A stretch of 64,000 nt of DNA from contig LWDM01000050.1 of assembly GCA_002083525.1 (NCBI GenBank), positions 26,032 through 90,031 of the forward strand. The letters run 5' to 3'. The stretch comes from Proteobacteria bacterium SG_bin9 (lineage in GTDB: Bacteria > Pseudomonadota > Alphaproteobacteria > Rhizobiales > Xanthobacteraceae). Below the pieces are notes generated by a model, which did no database searches, was not told the DNA's origin, and saw only the letters and a program-made list of their open reading frames with translations. This document shows, piece by piece, positions 1-10,239 of the stretch; position 1 is the stretch's first letter, and each line of letters begins with the position of its first letter. A program made the translations under genes and the position numbers.

Positions 1-111
1 GCGGCTGCAGTTGCGGGCTTTTTCGGCATGGCCCGCAACTTAAGGATTTTGGCCGCGATTGACAGCCCTTGAAGTCGCGATGCCTGTCAGAAACTGACAG
101 GTACTTTGCGG

Positions 112-1164
112 CTACTCCGCCGCCTGCAGTTTCGGCGTGAGCTGTTTCGGCGCGATCCAGAACATCGCGGGCCGCTCGAACAGGAAGCCCAGGCGAAACG
201 CCAGTGCTGCACGCCAGATGGCGACCGCGCCGAACACGCCGATGAGGGTCACGATCAGCGACATCGCGCCGACGTCCGGGATCACACCGGTCTTCAGCAG
301 CGTGGTACGCGTCGTCGCCATCGGCAGAAAGAAGGCAAGATAGACGACGATGGAGTGTTCGCCGAGATAGCGCAGCAGGTTATGCCAGTTGACCATCGTC
401 AGCAGCGTCGCGGCAGTGATGATGGCAATTGCACCGGCATAGCCGAGAAGAAGCGAGAACAACGGCCACTCGCCGATGCCGGCGAACACCAGCACGGCAT
501 TCACGGCGGCCCAGACCACGAGACCGGCCATCGCAAGGCGCGGATGGGCGCGAACACGGTCGGCGAGCGAAAAGATCTGCTCGGCGAAGATGTAGCCCGA
601 GAAGAAGTAGACGTAGCGCGCGGCGAATTCGTCGATCACGGTCCAGCCGCTGGAGATGTGCATCATCTCGAGCGCGGCCGCCGAGGCCCAGACGATCACC
701 GGCGGAATGTTCCGGGTCAGCTTGGTGACGACGAAGAACACCGGCAGCAGATAGATGAACCACAGGGTGCCGAACGGCTCGATGAAAGATTGCAGGAACA
801 ACAGGCCGACCTTGCTCCAGCCCATCTCGGCGGCAAAGGCCGGGGCCTTGAATGCGAACTGGATCGCCATCCACAGCACGTAGAAGTAAACGAAGTGCAC
901 GACCTTGCGGTCGAGATAGGTGCGCCAGTCGCGATCGATCACCCGCGCCAGGAACAGGCCCGAAATCAGGAAGAAGTCCGGCATCCGGAATGGCTTCGCG
1001 AATTCGACGAAGGGATGCATCCAGCCGTGCTGGCCGGCCGCCGCTTCGACGCCGAGCACGGAGTGCATCATCACCACCATGATGATGCAGACGCCTTTCG
1101 CGGTATCGACCCAATCGAGCCGGCCAGGAGGCGGAGCAAAGGTAAATGTGCCGTTTGACGTCAT
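112..1164 (-). CDS. Acyltransferase family 3 integral membrane protein (OafA/OpgC-like)
   Basis: 350-aa ORF that is hydrophobic throughout with about 10 helices. The N-terminal 'RLDWVDTAKGVCIIMVVMMHS' resembles acyltransferase_3 proteins. The overlapping + strand ORF 106..1158 is an Arg/His/Asp-rich shadow. Confidence 0.8.
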   Translation of the reverse strand: MTSNGTFTFAPPPGRLDWVDTAKGVCIIMVVMMHSVLGVEAAAGQHGWMHPFVEFAKPFRMPDFFLISGLFLARVIDRDWRTYLDRKVVHFVYFYVLWMAIQFAFKAPAFAAEMGWSKVGLLFLQSFIEPFGTLWFIYLLPVFFVVTKLTRNIPPVIVWASAAALEMMHISSGWTVIDEFAARYVYFFSGYIFAEQIFSLADRVRAHPRLAMAGLVVWAAVNAVLVFAGIGEWPLFSLLLGYAGAIAIITAATLLTMVNWHNLLRYLGEHSIVVYLAFFLPMATTRTTLLKTGVIPDVGAMSLIVTLIGVFGAVAIWRAALAFRLGFLFERPAMFWIAPKQLTPKLQAAE

Positions 1165-1366
1165 GTTGTACCTGTCCGGGGCAGGTCTGTCTCAGCATCC
1201 GACAGACGGGTTTCTTTCAGGTTTACTTACGCAATCGTTATGCCAGCCCCGGATCGGCCGATTTGACAGGAAAATGAAAGGTTTTCGGCCGGTTTCCATA
1301 CCCGCGAAAAGCGGATAAATACGCACCGCGCGCTCGCGCTGTTAACCAAAACACCCAGAGACATTC

Positions 1367-2686
1367 ATGCGAATTGCGATGATCGGCACCGGCTATGTGG
1401 GTCTGGTCTCCGGAGCCTGCTTTGCCGATTTCGGCCACCACGTCACCTGTGTGGACAAGGACGCCGGCAAGATCGCGGCTTTGAAGCGCGGCGAAATTCC
1501 GATCTTCGAGCCGGGACTGGATGCGCTGGTGAAGACCAATGCGGACGCGGGGCGGCTCGACTTCACGACCGACCTCAAGGGACCGGTCGGCGAGGCAGAT
1601 GCCGTGTTCATCGCGGTCGGCACGCCGTCGCGCCGCGGCGACGGTCACGCCGATTTGAGCTACGTGCATGCGGCGGCGCGCGAGATCGCGGCCGCGTTGA
1701 CAGGCTTCACGGTCGTCATCACCAAGTCGACGGTTCCGGTCGGAACCGGCGATGAGGTCGAGCGCATCATGCGCGAAACCAATCCGGCGGCGGACTTTGT
1801 TGTCGCGTCGAATCCGGAATTCCTGCGCGAGGGCGCGGCGATCCGCGACTTCAAGCATCCCGATCGCATCGTCGTCGGCACTGATGACGAGCGCGCGCGC
1901 AAGGTGACGACGGAGATCTACCGCCCGCTCTATCTCAACCAGGCGCCGCTGATGTTCACCGGCCGCCGCACAGCGGAGCTGATCAAGTACGCGGCGAATG
2001 CATTTCTTGCGACCAAGATCACCTTCATCAACGAGATCGCCGATCTCGCGGAGAAGGCGGGCGCGGACGTGCAGGAAGTGGCGCGTGGCATCGGCCTCGA
2101 CAATCGCATCGGCGGCAAATTCCTGCATGCGGGCCCCGGCTTCGGCGGCTCATGCTTCCCGAAGGATACGCGCGCGCTGGTGAAGACGGCGCAGGATCAC
2201 GACGTGCCGCTGCGCATCGTCGAAGCGGTGCTCGCAGTGAACGATAACCGCAAGCGGGCGATGGCGCGCAAGATTTCCGCAGCGCTCGGCGGCAACCTGC
2301 GTGGCAAGACCGTCGCCGTGCTCGGCCTCACCTTCAAGCCCAACACCGACGACATGCGCGAGGCGCCGTCGATTCCGCTGATCACGGCGCTGCGCGATCA
2401 GGGCGCTGTCGTGCGTGCTTACGATCCGGTCGGCATGGAGCAGGCCAAGCACGAACTGCCGGAGATCGACTACGCGGCCGATCCGTACTCCTGCGCCAAG
2501 GGCGCGGACGCGCTCGTGATCGTCACCGAGTGGGAGCAATTCCGCGCTCTGAACCTCGAGCGGCTGAAGGTCGAGATGCGCCAGCCGATCGTCGTCGACC
2601 TGCGCAACGTCTATCGGCCCGAGGAAATGGCCGAACTCGGCTTCACCTACGAGAGCGTGGGCCGGCCCGCGCCGGCGGCGCGGTGA
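1367..2686 (+). CDS. ugd: UDP-glucose 6-dehydrogenase
   Basis: N-terminal Rossmann motif 'IAMIGTGYVGLVSGACFA', catalytic-region 'GFGGSCFPKD', 439 aa, typical UDP-glucose/GDP-mannose dehydrogenase family. Confidence 0.92.
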   Translation: MRIAMIGTGYVGLVSGACFADFGHHVTCVDKDAGKIAALKRGEIPIFEPGLDALVKTNADAGRLDFTTDLKGPVGEADAVFIAVGTPSRRGDGHADLSYVHAAAREIAAALTGFTVVITKSTVPVGTGDEVERIMRETNPAADFVVASNPEFLREGAAIRDFKHPDRIVVGTDDERARKVTTEIYRPLYLNQAPLMFTGRRTAELIKYAANAFLATKITFINEIADLAEKAGADVQEVARGIGLDNRIGGKFLHAGPGFGGSCFPKDTRALVKTAQDHDVPLRIVEAVLAVNDNRKRAMARKISAALGGNLRGKTVAVLGLTFKPNTDDMREAPSIPLITALRDQGAVVRAYDPVGMEQAKHELPEIDYAADPYSCAKGADALVIVTEWEQFRALNLERLKVEMRQPIVVDLRNVYRPEEMAELGFTYESVGRPAPAAR

Positions 2687-2698
2687 TATAAGGGCGCA

Positions 2699-5176
2699 AT
2701 GCCCCGCAGCTTCGACACGCCGCTTCCGATCGACGAGGTCCTTGGCAACCTCGCGCAAGCGCTGGCCAAAGCCAATACGGCCGTTCTTGTCGCGCCGCCC
2801 GGCGCCGGCAAGACCACGCGCGTGCCGCTGGCGCTGCTCGACGAGCTGTGGCTCAGGGGCGGCAAGATCATTGTGCTGGAGCCGCGGCGGATCGCGGCGC
2901 GTGCCGCCGCCGAGCGCATGGCGCAGACCATCGGCGAACGCGTTGGCGAAACGGTCGGCTATCGCGTGCGATTCGGCTCGAAGGTGTCGAAGGCGACGCG
3001 CATTGAGGTCGTCACCGAAGGCATCTTCTCGCGGCAGATCGTCGGCGATCCGGAATTGCGCGGCGTTGCGGCCGTACTGTTCGACGAATTTCACGAACGC
3101 TCGCTCGATGCGGATCTGGGTCTTGCGCTCGCGCGAGATGCGCAGCAGGGATTGCGCGAGGATCTGCGCATTCTCGTGATGTCGGCGACGCTCGACGGTG
3201 CGCGCGTTGCAAAGTTGCTCGGCGACGCACCGGTAATCGAGAGCGAGGGCCGCGCGTTTGCGGTCGAGACGCGCTACCTCGGCCGCAAGCCCGATGCGCC
3301 GATCGACCGGCAGATGGCGGATGCGATTGCGTCCGCATTGCGCGCGGATGCAGGCTCGGTGCTGGCGTTTCTCCCCGGCGCCGCCGAAATCCGCCGCACC
3401 GAGACGATGCTGAAAGAGCGTGTGCACGATGCCTCCGTCGAGATCGTGCCGCTGTTCGGCGCGCTCGATGCCGCCGTGCAGGATCGCGCGATTGCGCCTG
3501 CGCCGAAAGGTCAGCGCAAGGTGGTGCTGGCAACGTCGATCGCGGAAACCTCCTTGACCATCGACGGCGTGCGCATCGTCGTCGATTCCGGTCTTGCCCG
3601 CGTGCCGCGTTACGAGCCGGATATCGGATTGACGCGCCTCGAGACCGTGCGTGCCGCGCGTGCGGCCGTCGATCAGCGGCGTGGCCGTGCCGGCCGCACC
3701 GAGCCTGGCGTCTGCTATCGGCTATGGGACGAGCCGCAGACCGCCTCGCTCGATGCCTATACGCAGCCGGAAATTCTCTCGTCCGATCTGTCGTCGCTGG
3801 TGCTCGACCTCGCGCAATGGGGCGTCAGCGGTCCGTCATCGCTGGCGTTTCTCGATCCGCCGCCGGTGCCCGCCTGGAAGGAAGCCTGCGTGCTCCTGCG
3901 CGAACTCGGCGCGCTCGATGCGGATGGCCGGATCACCGCGGAAGGCAAGAGCCTGCGCGCGCTGGCGCTGCCGCCACGGCTCGCGCGCATGATCGTGGAC
4001 GCGCATCGCTCTGGTTGCGGCGAGGACGCAGCGATGATCGCGGCCGTCCTGACCGAGCGCGGACTTGGCGGCGACAATGCCGATCTCGATGTGCGGCGCG
4101 ATCAGTTCCGACGTGATCGCTCGCAGCGTGCGAGCGCCGCGCGGCAGCAGGCGGAGCGCTGGGCCTCGCAGGTTGCGGCGGACGAAGGCAAGCCGGCGAA
4201 CGACGAAGCGCTGTCCACGGGCGTGATGCTGGCGCTGGCGTTTCCTGATCGCATTGCGCGCAATCGCGGCAATGGCAGCTTCGTGCTCGCCAACGGACGC
4301 GGCGCGGCGGTGGAACAGACATCGGCGCTGGCGAAAGCGCCGTTCATTGCGGTCGGCGAACTCACCGGCATCGCTGCGCAGGGCCGCATTCTGTTGGCCG
4401 CGCCGATCACGCTCGCGGAGATCGAAACGCATTTCGCCGATCAGATCGAATCCGAGAACGAAGTCACCTTCGATCGTGGCGCGATGGCGCTGCGCGCGCG
4501 CAAGCGCCGCCGGCTCGGCGCAGTGACGCTCAATGAATCGACAATGCCGATCGCGCCGGATGAGGTGACCGCGCGGACTCTCGCTGATGGTTTGGCGGCT
4601 GCGGGCTTCGACAGGCTGCCCTGGTCGAAAACGCTGACGCAGTGGCGCGACCGCGTGATGTTTTTGCGAACGGCCGAAGGTGACGAGTGGCCCGATCTGT
4701 CCGATGCCGCGCTCGCCGAGTCGCGCGAGCAGTGGCTTGTGCCAGCGCTCAGCGACAAGACGTCGTTGGCGTCGTTTTCCGCGTCCGATCTGTCGGACGC
4801 GATGATGGCATTGCTGCCGTGGAACATGCGCGCACGGCTCGATCGCGAAGCGCCGACGCATTTCGAGGCGCCGACCGGTTCGATGGTGCCGATCGACTAT
4901 GAAGCGGAAGAGGGACCGAAGATCGCGATCCGCCTGCAGGAGCTGTTCGGTCTCAACGTACATCCGTCGATTGCAAACGGCCGCCGCCCGCTGGTGGTCG
5001 AGCTGTTGTCGCCAGCGCATCGGCCCGTACAGGTGACGCGCGATCTGCCGGGGTTCTGGAAGGGAAGTTATGCGGCCGTGCGCTCCGATTTACGCGGGCG
5101 GTATCCTCGTCACCCATGGCCAGACGATCCGGCGAACGCCGAGCCGACCCGCCGCGCCAAACCGCGCGGCACATGA
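2699..5176 (+). CDS. hrpB: ATP-dependent RNA helicase HrpB
   Basis: 825 aa with Walker A 'APPGAGKTT', DEAH-type 'FDEFHERS', 'SATL' motif and the long HrpB C-terminal domain. Confidence 0.92.
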   Translation: MPRSFDTPLPIDEVLGNLAQALAKANTAVLVAPPGAGKTTRVPLALLDELWLRGGKIIVLEPRRIAARAAAERMAQTIGERVGETVGYRVRFGSKVSKATRIEVVTEGIFSRQIVGDPELRGVAAVLFDEFHERSLDADLGLALARDAQQGLREDLRILVMSATLDGARVAKLLGDAPVIESEGRAFAVETRYLGRKPDAPIDRQMADAIASALRADAGSVLAFLPGAAEIRRTETMLKERVHDASVEIVPLFGALDAAVQDRAIAPAPKGQRKVVLATSIAETSLTIDGVRIVVDSGLARVPRYEPDIGLTRLETVRAARAAVDQRRGRAGRTEPGVCYRLWDEPQTASLDAYTQPEILSSDLSSLVLDLAQWGVSGPSSLAFLDPPPVPAWKEACVLLRELGALDADGRITAEGKSLRALALPPRLARMIVDAHRSGCGEDAAMIAAVLTERGLGGDNADLDVRRDQFRRDRSQRASAARQQAERWASQVAADEGKPANDEALSTGVMLALAFPDRIARNRGNGSFVLANGRGAAVEQTSALAKAPFIAVGELTGIAAQGRILLAAPITLAEIETHFADQIESENEVTFDRGAMALRARKRRRLGAVTLNESTMPIAPDEVTARTLADGLAAAGFDRLPWSKTLTQWRDRVMFLRTAEGDEWPDLSDAALAESREQWLVPALSDKTSLASFSASDLSDAMMALLPWNMRARLDREAPTHFEAPTGSMVPIDYEAEEGPKIAIRLQELFGLNVHPSIANGRRPLVVELLSPAHRPVQVTRDLPGFWKGSYAAVRSDLRGRYPRHPWPDDPANAEPTRRAKPRGT

Positions 5177-5341
5177 GCGCATAGCCCTGTATTCACGCGG
5201 GATAGACCGGCTTTTGCGAATTCGGTTAACGCTTCTCTCATGCTTTTCGCCAAAATAGGACAGGCTACCCGCGGCCGTTATGCGCATGTTTTCGTCCGGC
5301 ATGATGATATCGCGGGAGTTCAAACAGGCGGGCGTTTTGTA

Positions 5342-5881
5342 ATGCGTAACCTGATGTTTTTTGCGGCCGTGATGATCGGCCTCGGCGTTTATATGGCCCA
5401 GCAGGCTAACGCCATCAAAGCGGCGCCGTCGCAGGCCCAGCCGCAACAGCAGCGGGCGTTCGCCGCCACGCAGCCGCAAGCAAATCCGAAGATGGTCGTG
5501 TCGCAGAACACGCGCAGCGTCAGCCTCGCGAAGGACGGCCGCGGTCACTTCTCAGCCGATGCCCGCGTCGATGGCCGCAACATTTCCGTCATGGTCGACA
5601 CCGGCGCGTCGGTTGTTGCCCTCAACGAGAGCACGGCGGCGCGGATCGGTTTCCGTCCCTCGCGCAGCGACTACACTGCGAACGTTTCGACCGCGAACGG
5701 ATCGGTGAAGGCCGCACGCACCCGGCTCGCCAGCGTCGATATCGGCGGCGTGGTGGTGCGCGATGTCGAAGCGCTCGTGCTTCCGGACTCTGCCCTGTCG
5801 GAAAACCTGCTCGGCATGGCTTATCTCTCGCGCCTCAAGCGCTTCGAGTATGCCAACGGCCGGCTGGTGCTGGAACAGTAG
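5342..5881 (+). CDS. Retropepsin-like (clan AA) aspartic protease, membrane anchored
   Basis: Start chosen at the internal ATG (MRNLMFFAAVMIGLGVYMA = TM anchor). 'MVDTGASVVALN' is the D-T/S-G aspartic protease signature (TIGR02281-like). Confidence 0.8.
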   Translation: MRNLMFFAAVMIGLGVYMAQQANAIKAAPSQAQPQQQRAFAATQPQANPKMVVSQNTRSVSLAKDGRGHFSADARVDGRNISVMVDTGASVVALNESTAARIGFRPSRSDYTANVSTANGSVKAARTRLASVDIGGVVVRDVEALVLPDSALSENLLGMAYLSRLKRFEYANGRLVLEQ

Positions 5882-6053
5882 GCTTTCATTGCCGTTATGA
5901 ATTCCGGCTGAATGAAGACGCGGCCCAGCGCCGCGCTGATGACTGCCCGGCCAGCATATTTTTCGCCCCAATTACCCGCCAATAGCACTCACGCCTTCCC
6001 CAAAGCCATGGCGTTCGCTATGGCTTCCCTGCCCATTCCCCAGAGGATTTCTG

Positions 6054-7553
6054 ATGTTTCCGACGCCGAAGCCGGTTCTGACGCCGAACACCTATGCCTA
6101 TGAATCCGAGCCGATGGTGAAGGCGACGGGCTTTCGCGAGTACGACGCGCGCTGGCTGTTCGGCAAGGAAATCAACCTGATGGGCATTCAGGCGCTGGGC
6201 ATGGGCCTCGGCGCGCTCATCGGTGAAATGGGCGTCAAGCGCGAGATCGTCACCGGCCACGACTTTCGCGGCTACTCGGCGTCGATCAAGTACGCGCTGA
6301 TCTCCGGCCTGCTCGCGGCCGGCTGCAAGGTGCACGACATCGGGCTCTGCATGACGCCGATGGCCTATTTCGCGCAGTTCGATCTCGACGTGCCGTGCGT
6401 CGCCATGGTCACCGCATCCCACAACGACAACGGGTGGACCGGCGTGAAGATGGGCGCCAACCGCCCGCTGACCTTCGGTCCCGACGAGATGACGCGGTTG
6501 AAGGAGATCGTGCTCGGCGCGAAGTTCGATCTCAAGGGCGGCGGTTCGTATCAGTTCGTCAACGACTTTCCGGCGCGTTACATCACCGATCTCACCAATC
6601 GCCCGAAGCTGAAGCGCAAGATTCGCGCAGTGGTCGCCTGCGGCAACGGCACCGCCGGGGCTTTCGCGCCGAAGATTCTGGAGGCGATCGGCGTCGATGT
6701 GATCCCGCTGGACACGGAGCTCGATCACACCTTCCCGAAGTACAATCCGAATCCGGAAGATCTCGAGATGCTGCACGCCATGCGCGACGCGGTGCTGCAT
6801 CACAAGGCCGATGTCGGTCTCGGCTTCGACGGTGACGGCGATCGTTGCGGCATCGTCGACAACACCGGTGACGAGATTTTCGCCGACAAGGTCGGTGTGA
6901 TGCTGGCGCGCGACATGTCGGCGATCCACAAGGATGCGCGCTTCGTCGTCGACGTGAAGTCGACCGGCCTTTTCGTGACCGACCCGGTGCTGCAGAAGCA
7001 GGGCGCGTCGACGACCTATTGGAAGACCGGCCACTCCTACATGAAGCGCCGCACGCACGAAGTCGGTGCGCTCGCCGGCTTCGAGAAGTCGGGCCACTTC
7101 TTCTTCAACAAGCCGTTCGGTCGCGGCTATGACGACGGCCTCGTCTCGGCGATCGCGGTCTGCGACATGCTCGACCGCGCGCCCGGCAAGTCGATGGAAG
7201 ACCTCAAGAACGCGCTGCCGAAGACCTGGTCGTCGCCGACCATGTCGCCGCACTGTGCCGACGAGACCAAGTACGGCATCGTCGCGCAGGTGGTGAAGCA
7301 CTTCGAGGACGCGAAGGCGAAGGGCGCGAAGGTCGCCGGTCAGCCGATCCGCGATCTCGTCACCGTCAATGGCGTCCGTGTCACGGCTGAGGATGGAAGC
7401 TGGGGCCTGGTGCGCGCGTCGTCGAACAAGCCGGAGCTTGTGGTCGTGGTCGAAAGCCCGGTGTCGGAGCAGCGCATGCGCGACATGTTCGAGGCGATGG
7501 ACTCGGTGCTGCGCACCCATCCCGAGGTCGGCGAGTACAATCAGAAGATCTGA
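6054..7553 (+). CDS. Phosphomannomutase/phosphoglucomutase
   Basis: 499 aa with active-site serine loop 'TASHNDNGWTGVK' and metal loop 'GFDGDGDRCG', the alpha-D-phosphohexomutase family. The antisense ORF 6018..7520 is rejected as a shadow. Confidence 0.92.
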   Translation: MFPTPKPVLTPNTYAYESEPMVKATGFREYDARWLFGKEINLMGIQALGMGLGALIGEMGVKREIVTGHDFRGYSASIKYALISGLLAAGCKVHDIGLCMTPMAYFAQFDLDVPCVAMVTASHNDNGWTGVKMGANRPLTFGPDEMTRLKEIVLGAKFDLKGGGSYQFVNDFPARYITDLTNRPKLKRKIRAVVACGNGTAGAFAPKILEAIGVDVIPLDTELDHTFPKYNPNPEDLEMLHAMRDAVLHHKADVGLGFDGDGDRCGIVDNTGDEIFADKVGVMLARDMSAIHKDARFVVDVKSTGLFVTDPVLQKQGASTTYWKTGHSYMKRRTHEVGALAGFEKSGHFFFNKPFGRGYDDGLVSAIAVCDMLDRAPGKSMEDLKNALPKTWSSPTMSPHCADETKYGIVAQVVKHFEDAKAKGAKVAGQPIRDLVTVNGVRVTAEDGSWGLVRASSNKPELVVVVESPVSEQRMRDMFEAMDSVLRTHPEVGEYNQKI

Positions 7554-7555
7554 AA

Positions 7556-7588
7556 CAAAAATGCCCGGCTTTCGCCGGGCATTTTCGT
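7556..7588. terminator. Bidirectional rho-independent terminator between convergent genes
   Basis: 'aaaaatgcccggc tttc gccgggcattttcg' is a GC stem flanked by an A-run and a T-run. It sits between the phosphomutase stop (7553) and the MCP stop (7605). Confidence 0.8.
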
Positions 7589-7604
7589 TTGAGCCGCTGG
7601 TGCG

Positions 7605-9089
7605 TCAGGCCGCGCGGATCGCGTCGATGAAACTGTTGACTTCGGTTCGCAGCCGTTCCGACTGCGCCGACAGTCCCTTCGATGACTGCAGCAATCGCCC
7701 CGCCGCTTCGCCGCTTTCGCGCGAGGCTTGCGTCAGTCCGCCGATGTTCTGATCGACGTCGCTCGATGAGCGCGACGCTTCGAGAATGCTGGCCGCGATC
7801 TCGCGCGTGGCGGCGCCCTGCTGATCGACCGCGGTGGCGATCGAGTTCGAGATGTCGTTGATCTCGCCAATCGTGCTGCCGATCGCTTCGATGGCGCAGA
7901 CCGCATCGGCGGTCTTCGTCTGAATCTCGCCGATCTGGGCGGAGATTTCCTCGGTCGCGCGCGCCGTCTGGTTGGCCAGTGCCTTCACTTCGCTCGCGAC
8001 GACTGCGAAACCCTTGCCGTGTTCGCCGGCGCGGGCAGCCTCGATGGTGGCGTTGAGCGCCAGCAGGTTGGTCTGCGACGCGATGCTCTGAATGAGCGTC
8101 ACCACTTCGCCGATCTTCTGGGTGCCGGTGGCGAGACCTTCGATGACGGCGTTGGTCTTGCGCGCTTCCTCGGCCGCCTTGTTGGCGATCTCGGCGGAGC
8201 GGGTCACCTGCTCGCCGATGGCGCCGATCGAGGCGGTCAGTTCCTCGGTCGCGGACGCAACGGTTGCGACGTTGCGCGAGGCCTGAGCGGAGGCCGATGC
8301 CGCGGCAGTCGACTGACGGGTGGTTTCCTCAGCGCCATGGCTCATCGATTCCGAGGTCTGGCACATGTCGTCCGCGGCTGCGGCGACATCGCCGACGATG
8401 CCGCCGATCTTGCGCTCGAACGAAACCGCAAGCTCCTGCATCGACGACGAGCGTTGCGCGATCGCGGCGCGCTCGAGCTCACCGCGCTCGTGCGTGGCCT
8501 GCTCGGCCGCTGCGCGCGCCGTTTCGGCCTCGGAGGTCTTCTGCACCGTCGTCTCGAACAGCTGCGAGAGCTGCGTCGCGATCCAGATCAGCACGCCGGC
8601 TTCGAGTACGAGAATCGCTGCGTGCAGCACCACACGGCCGAAGTCGGCGCCGCCCGGATAGAGCGCCGCCGGCAGCAGGAAGTTCAGCGAGAGGTGATGC
8701 AGTGCGACAGCGATCGTGGCCACGAGGATGGCGCGGAAGTCGCAATAAGCAACGAGCGTTGCCAGCGCCGCGAAGAAGTACATGTGCATATCGGGCTGCC
8801 AGGGGTGACCTGCCATCTGATAGACGAGCAGCGCTACGTCACCCATCAGCGCGACCGCAACGATCAGCCGCGTTGCCGGCGTGTTGCCGGACATGCGCCA
8901 GCACAGGGTAGCGACGATCGCGAGCGCCGCCATCATGCCCGTTGGCAGCATCCAGTCGGTGCCGCGCACGAGGCCGATCGCGACCGCGGTCGGCACATGC
9001 AGCCATAGCAACGCAACCAGCACCTTGCTTGCAGTTTCGCGCAATGCGTCGAGATCCCGGACGCCGGGATCGCTGACTTCGCTCGTCAT
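7605..9089 (-). CDS. Methyl-accepting chemotaxis protein with multi-TM N-terminal domain
   Basis: C-terminal MCP signalling domain with the highly conserved hairpin '[30 protein letters not shown]'. The N-terminal ~190 aa form about 6 hydrophobic helices. Start placed at ATG 9089 (MTSEVSD), which overlaps the stop of the upstream small ORF as ATGA; the track's alternative start is 9158. Confidence 0.88.
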   Translation of the reverse strand: MTSEVSDPGVRDLDALRETASKVLVALLWLHVPTAVAIGLVRGTDWMLPTGMMAALAIVATLCWRMSGNTPATRLIVAVALMGDVALLVYQMAGHPWQPDMHMYFFAALATLVAYCDFRAILVATIAVALHHLSLNFLLPAALYPGGADFGRVVLHAAILVLEAGVLIWIATQLSQLFETTVQKTSEAETARAAAEQATHERGELERAAIAQRSSSMQELAVSFERKIGGIVGDVAAAADDMCQTSESMSHGAEETTRQSTAAASASAQASRNVATVASATEELTASIGAIGEQVTRSAEIANKAAEEARKTNAVIEGLATGTQKIGEVVTLIQSIASQTNLLALNATIEAARAGEHGKGFAVVASEVKALANQTARATEEISAQIGEIQTKTADAVCAIEAIGSTIGEINDISNSIATAVDQQGAATREIAASILEASRSSSDVDQNIGGLTQASRESGEAAGRLLQSSKGLSAQSERLRTEVNSFIDAIRAA

Positions 9090-9442
9090 GTTCGCAGTCC
9101 TTCTTTCGGAGTAATGCCTAGGCAGGCATCGAGTGCCTGCGGATCGATCGACACCCATGCACCCGCATCGCGGAGCCGTTTCAGGCCGTCATGCGTGCCC
9201 GGCTCGACGACGATGATGGCGGGAATGCTGCTGGTGCGGACGATGGATGCGCCGGCGGACGCTGCGGCGAGCAGCGACTGCTGCGCGCTCCACCACGGCG
9301 GAAAAACGACGGCGACGGCGACGGAATCGCGATGCGGCTTCAGCGTGAGCGCCGCGATCATCGCGAAGCTCATTGCGAGCAAAATACTGCTCGCAAGCCA
9401 TGCGCGCGTGATCGATGCCGGTGTGTCGGAAGATTGCCCCAT
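9086..9442 (-). CDS. Hypothetical membrane-anchored protein (118 aa)
   Basis: One N-terminal TM helix ([20 protein letters not shown]) followed by a soluble domain. Its stop overlaps the MCP ATG (ATGA), suggesting translational coupling. No family recognised. Confidence 0.5.
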   Translation of the reverse strand: MGQSSDTPASITRAWLASSILLAMSFAMIAALTLKPHRDSVAVAVVFPPWWSAQQSLLAAASAGASIVRTSSIPAIIVVEPGTHDGLKRLRDAGAWVSIDPQALDACLGITPKEGLRT

Positions 9443-9635
9443 TCGCCAAAAGGTGAACGAACAAGGCTAATGCTTGGTAAATTTGCGATCCGGGTTGTAC
9501 CGCATGCGGCGGTACAACTTCTTGAAAAGATTTAGCTAAAAGGATGCATCGACCACACACTAGAATACCGGGAACCGGCGGCTTTCCGGTTCCGGGTTAA
9601 CGATTACGCAACGTTGGAGGGATCGAATTACCGAT

Positions 9636-10166
9636 CTAGGTTGCACTCAATGCCGGCACAGGCAGCGAGGTCACCGATTTGATCTTCTCCATCGCGAATC
9701 GCGAGGTGACGTTCTTCAGTGCGACGGCACCGATGAGCTTCTTGTAGAACACGTCGTAGCTCTGCATATCGGCGACCACCACGCGCAGCATGTAATCGAC
9801 GTCGCCAGCCATCCGGTAGAACTCCATCACCTCCGGCATGGCGCTGACGGCGTCGGCGAATTTCTTCAGCCAGGCTTCCGAGTGGTCGCTGCTCTCGACC
9901 GACACGAAGACAGTGATGCCCAGGCCAATCTTGTTCTGATCGACCAGCGCCACGCGGCGCAGAATGATGCCGTCGGCTTCGAGCCGCTGGATGCGCTTCC
10001 AGCACGGCGTCGAGGAGAGGCCGACGCGGTCGCCGATCTCGGCGACGGAGAGCGAGGCATCCTCCTGCAGGACAGTCAGGATCTTGCGGTCGATGGCGTC
10101 GAGGCGGCGGTTGCTACCTTCGGCAATGGGGGTGGCGAGGTCGGTCATGGAAGAACTTTGTTCCAT
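9636..10166 (-). CDS. Lrp/AsnC family transcriptional regulator
   Basis: 'LDAIDRKILTVLQEDASLSVAEIGDRVGLSSTPCWKRIQRLEADGII' is the HTH_AsnC motif, followed by an AsnC_trans_reg domain. The start could be the internal ATG (MTDLATP). Confidence 0.9.
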   Translation of the reverse strand: MEQSSSMTDLATPIAEGSNRRLDAIDRKILTVLQEDASLSVAEIGDRVGLSSTPCWKRIQRLEADGIILRRVALVDQNKIGLGITVFVSVESSDHSEAWLKKFADAVSAMPEVMEFYRMAGDVDYMLRVVVADMQSYDVFYKKLIGAVALKNVTSRFAMEKIKSVTSLPVPALSAT

Positions 10167-10239
10167 ATGTGAGGGTTGTAGACCTCATATAGGGAAAATT
10201 CTTCTACAACAAGGTGCCTTTCGTCCCTTTTGAGGCCCT

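Noticed and set aside
106-1158. Long antisense or out-of-frame ORFs throughout the track. Examples: 106..1158 (+), 1238..2128 (-), 2150..3427 (-), 3836..5020 (-), 6018..7520 (-), 8019..9008 (+), 16054..17205 (-), 16635..17795 (+), 17823..18998 (+), 22629..23990 (+), 25230..26117 (+), 26902..27921 (+), 29029..30516 (+), 36386..37978 (+), 37411..38874 (-), 47946..49004 (+), 52444..53523 (-), 57647..58543 (-), 60219..61205 (+), 61273..62544 (-).
   Set aside because: Each lies opposite to or out of frame with a gene that carries clear family motifs. Their translations are Arg/Ala/Gly/His/Asp-rich low-complexity strings typical of shadow ORFs in ~65% GC DNA, and they lack recognisable motifs or ribosome-binding sites.
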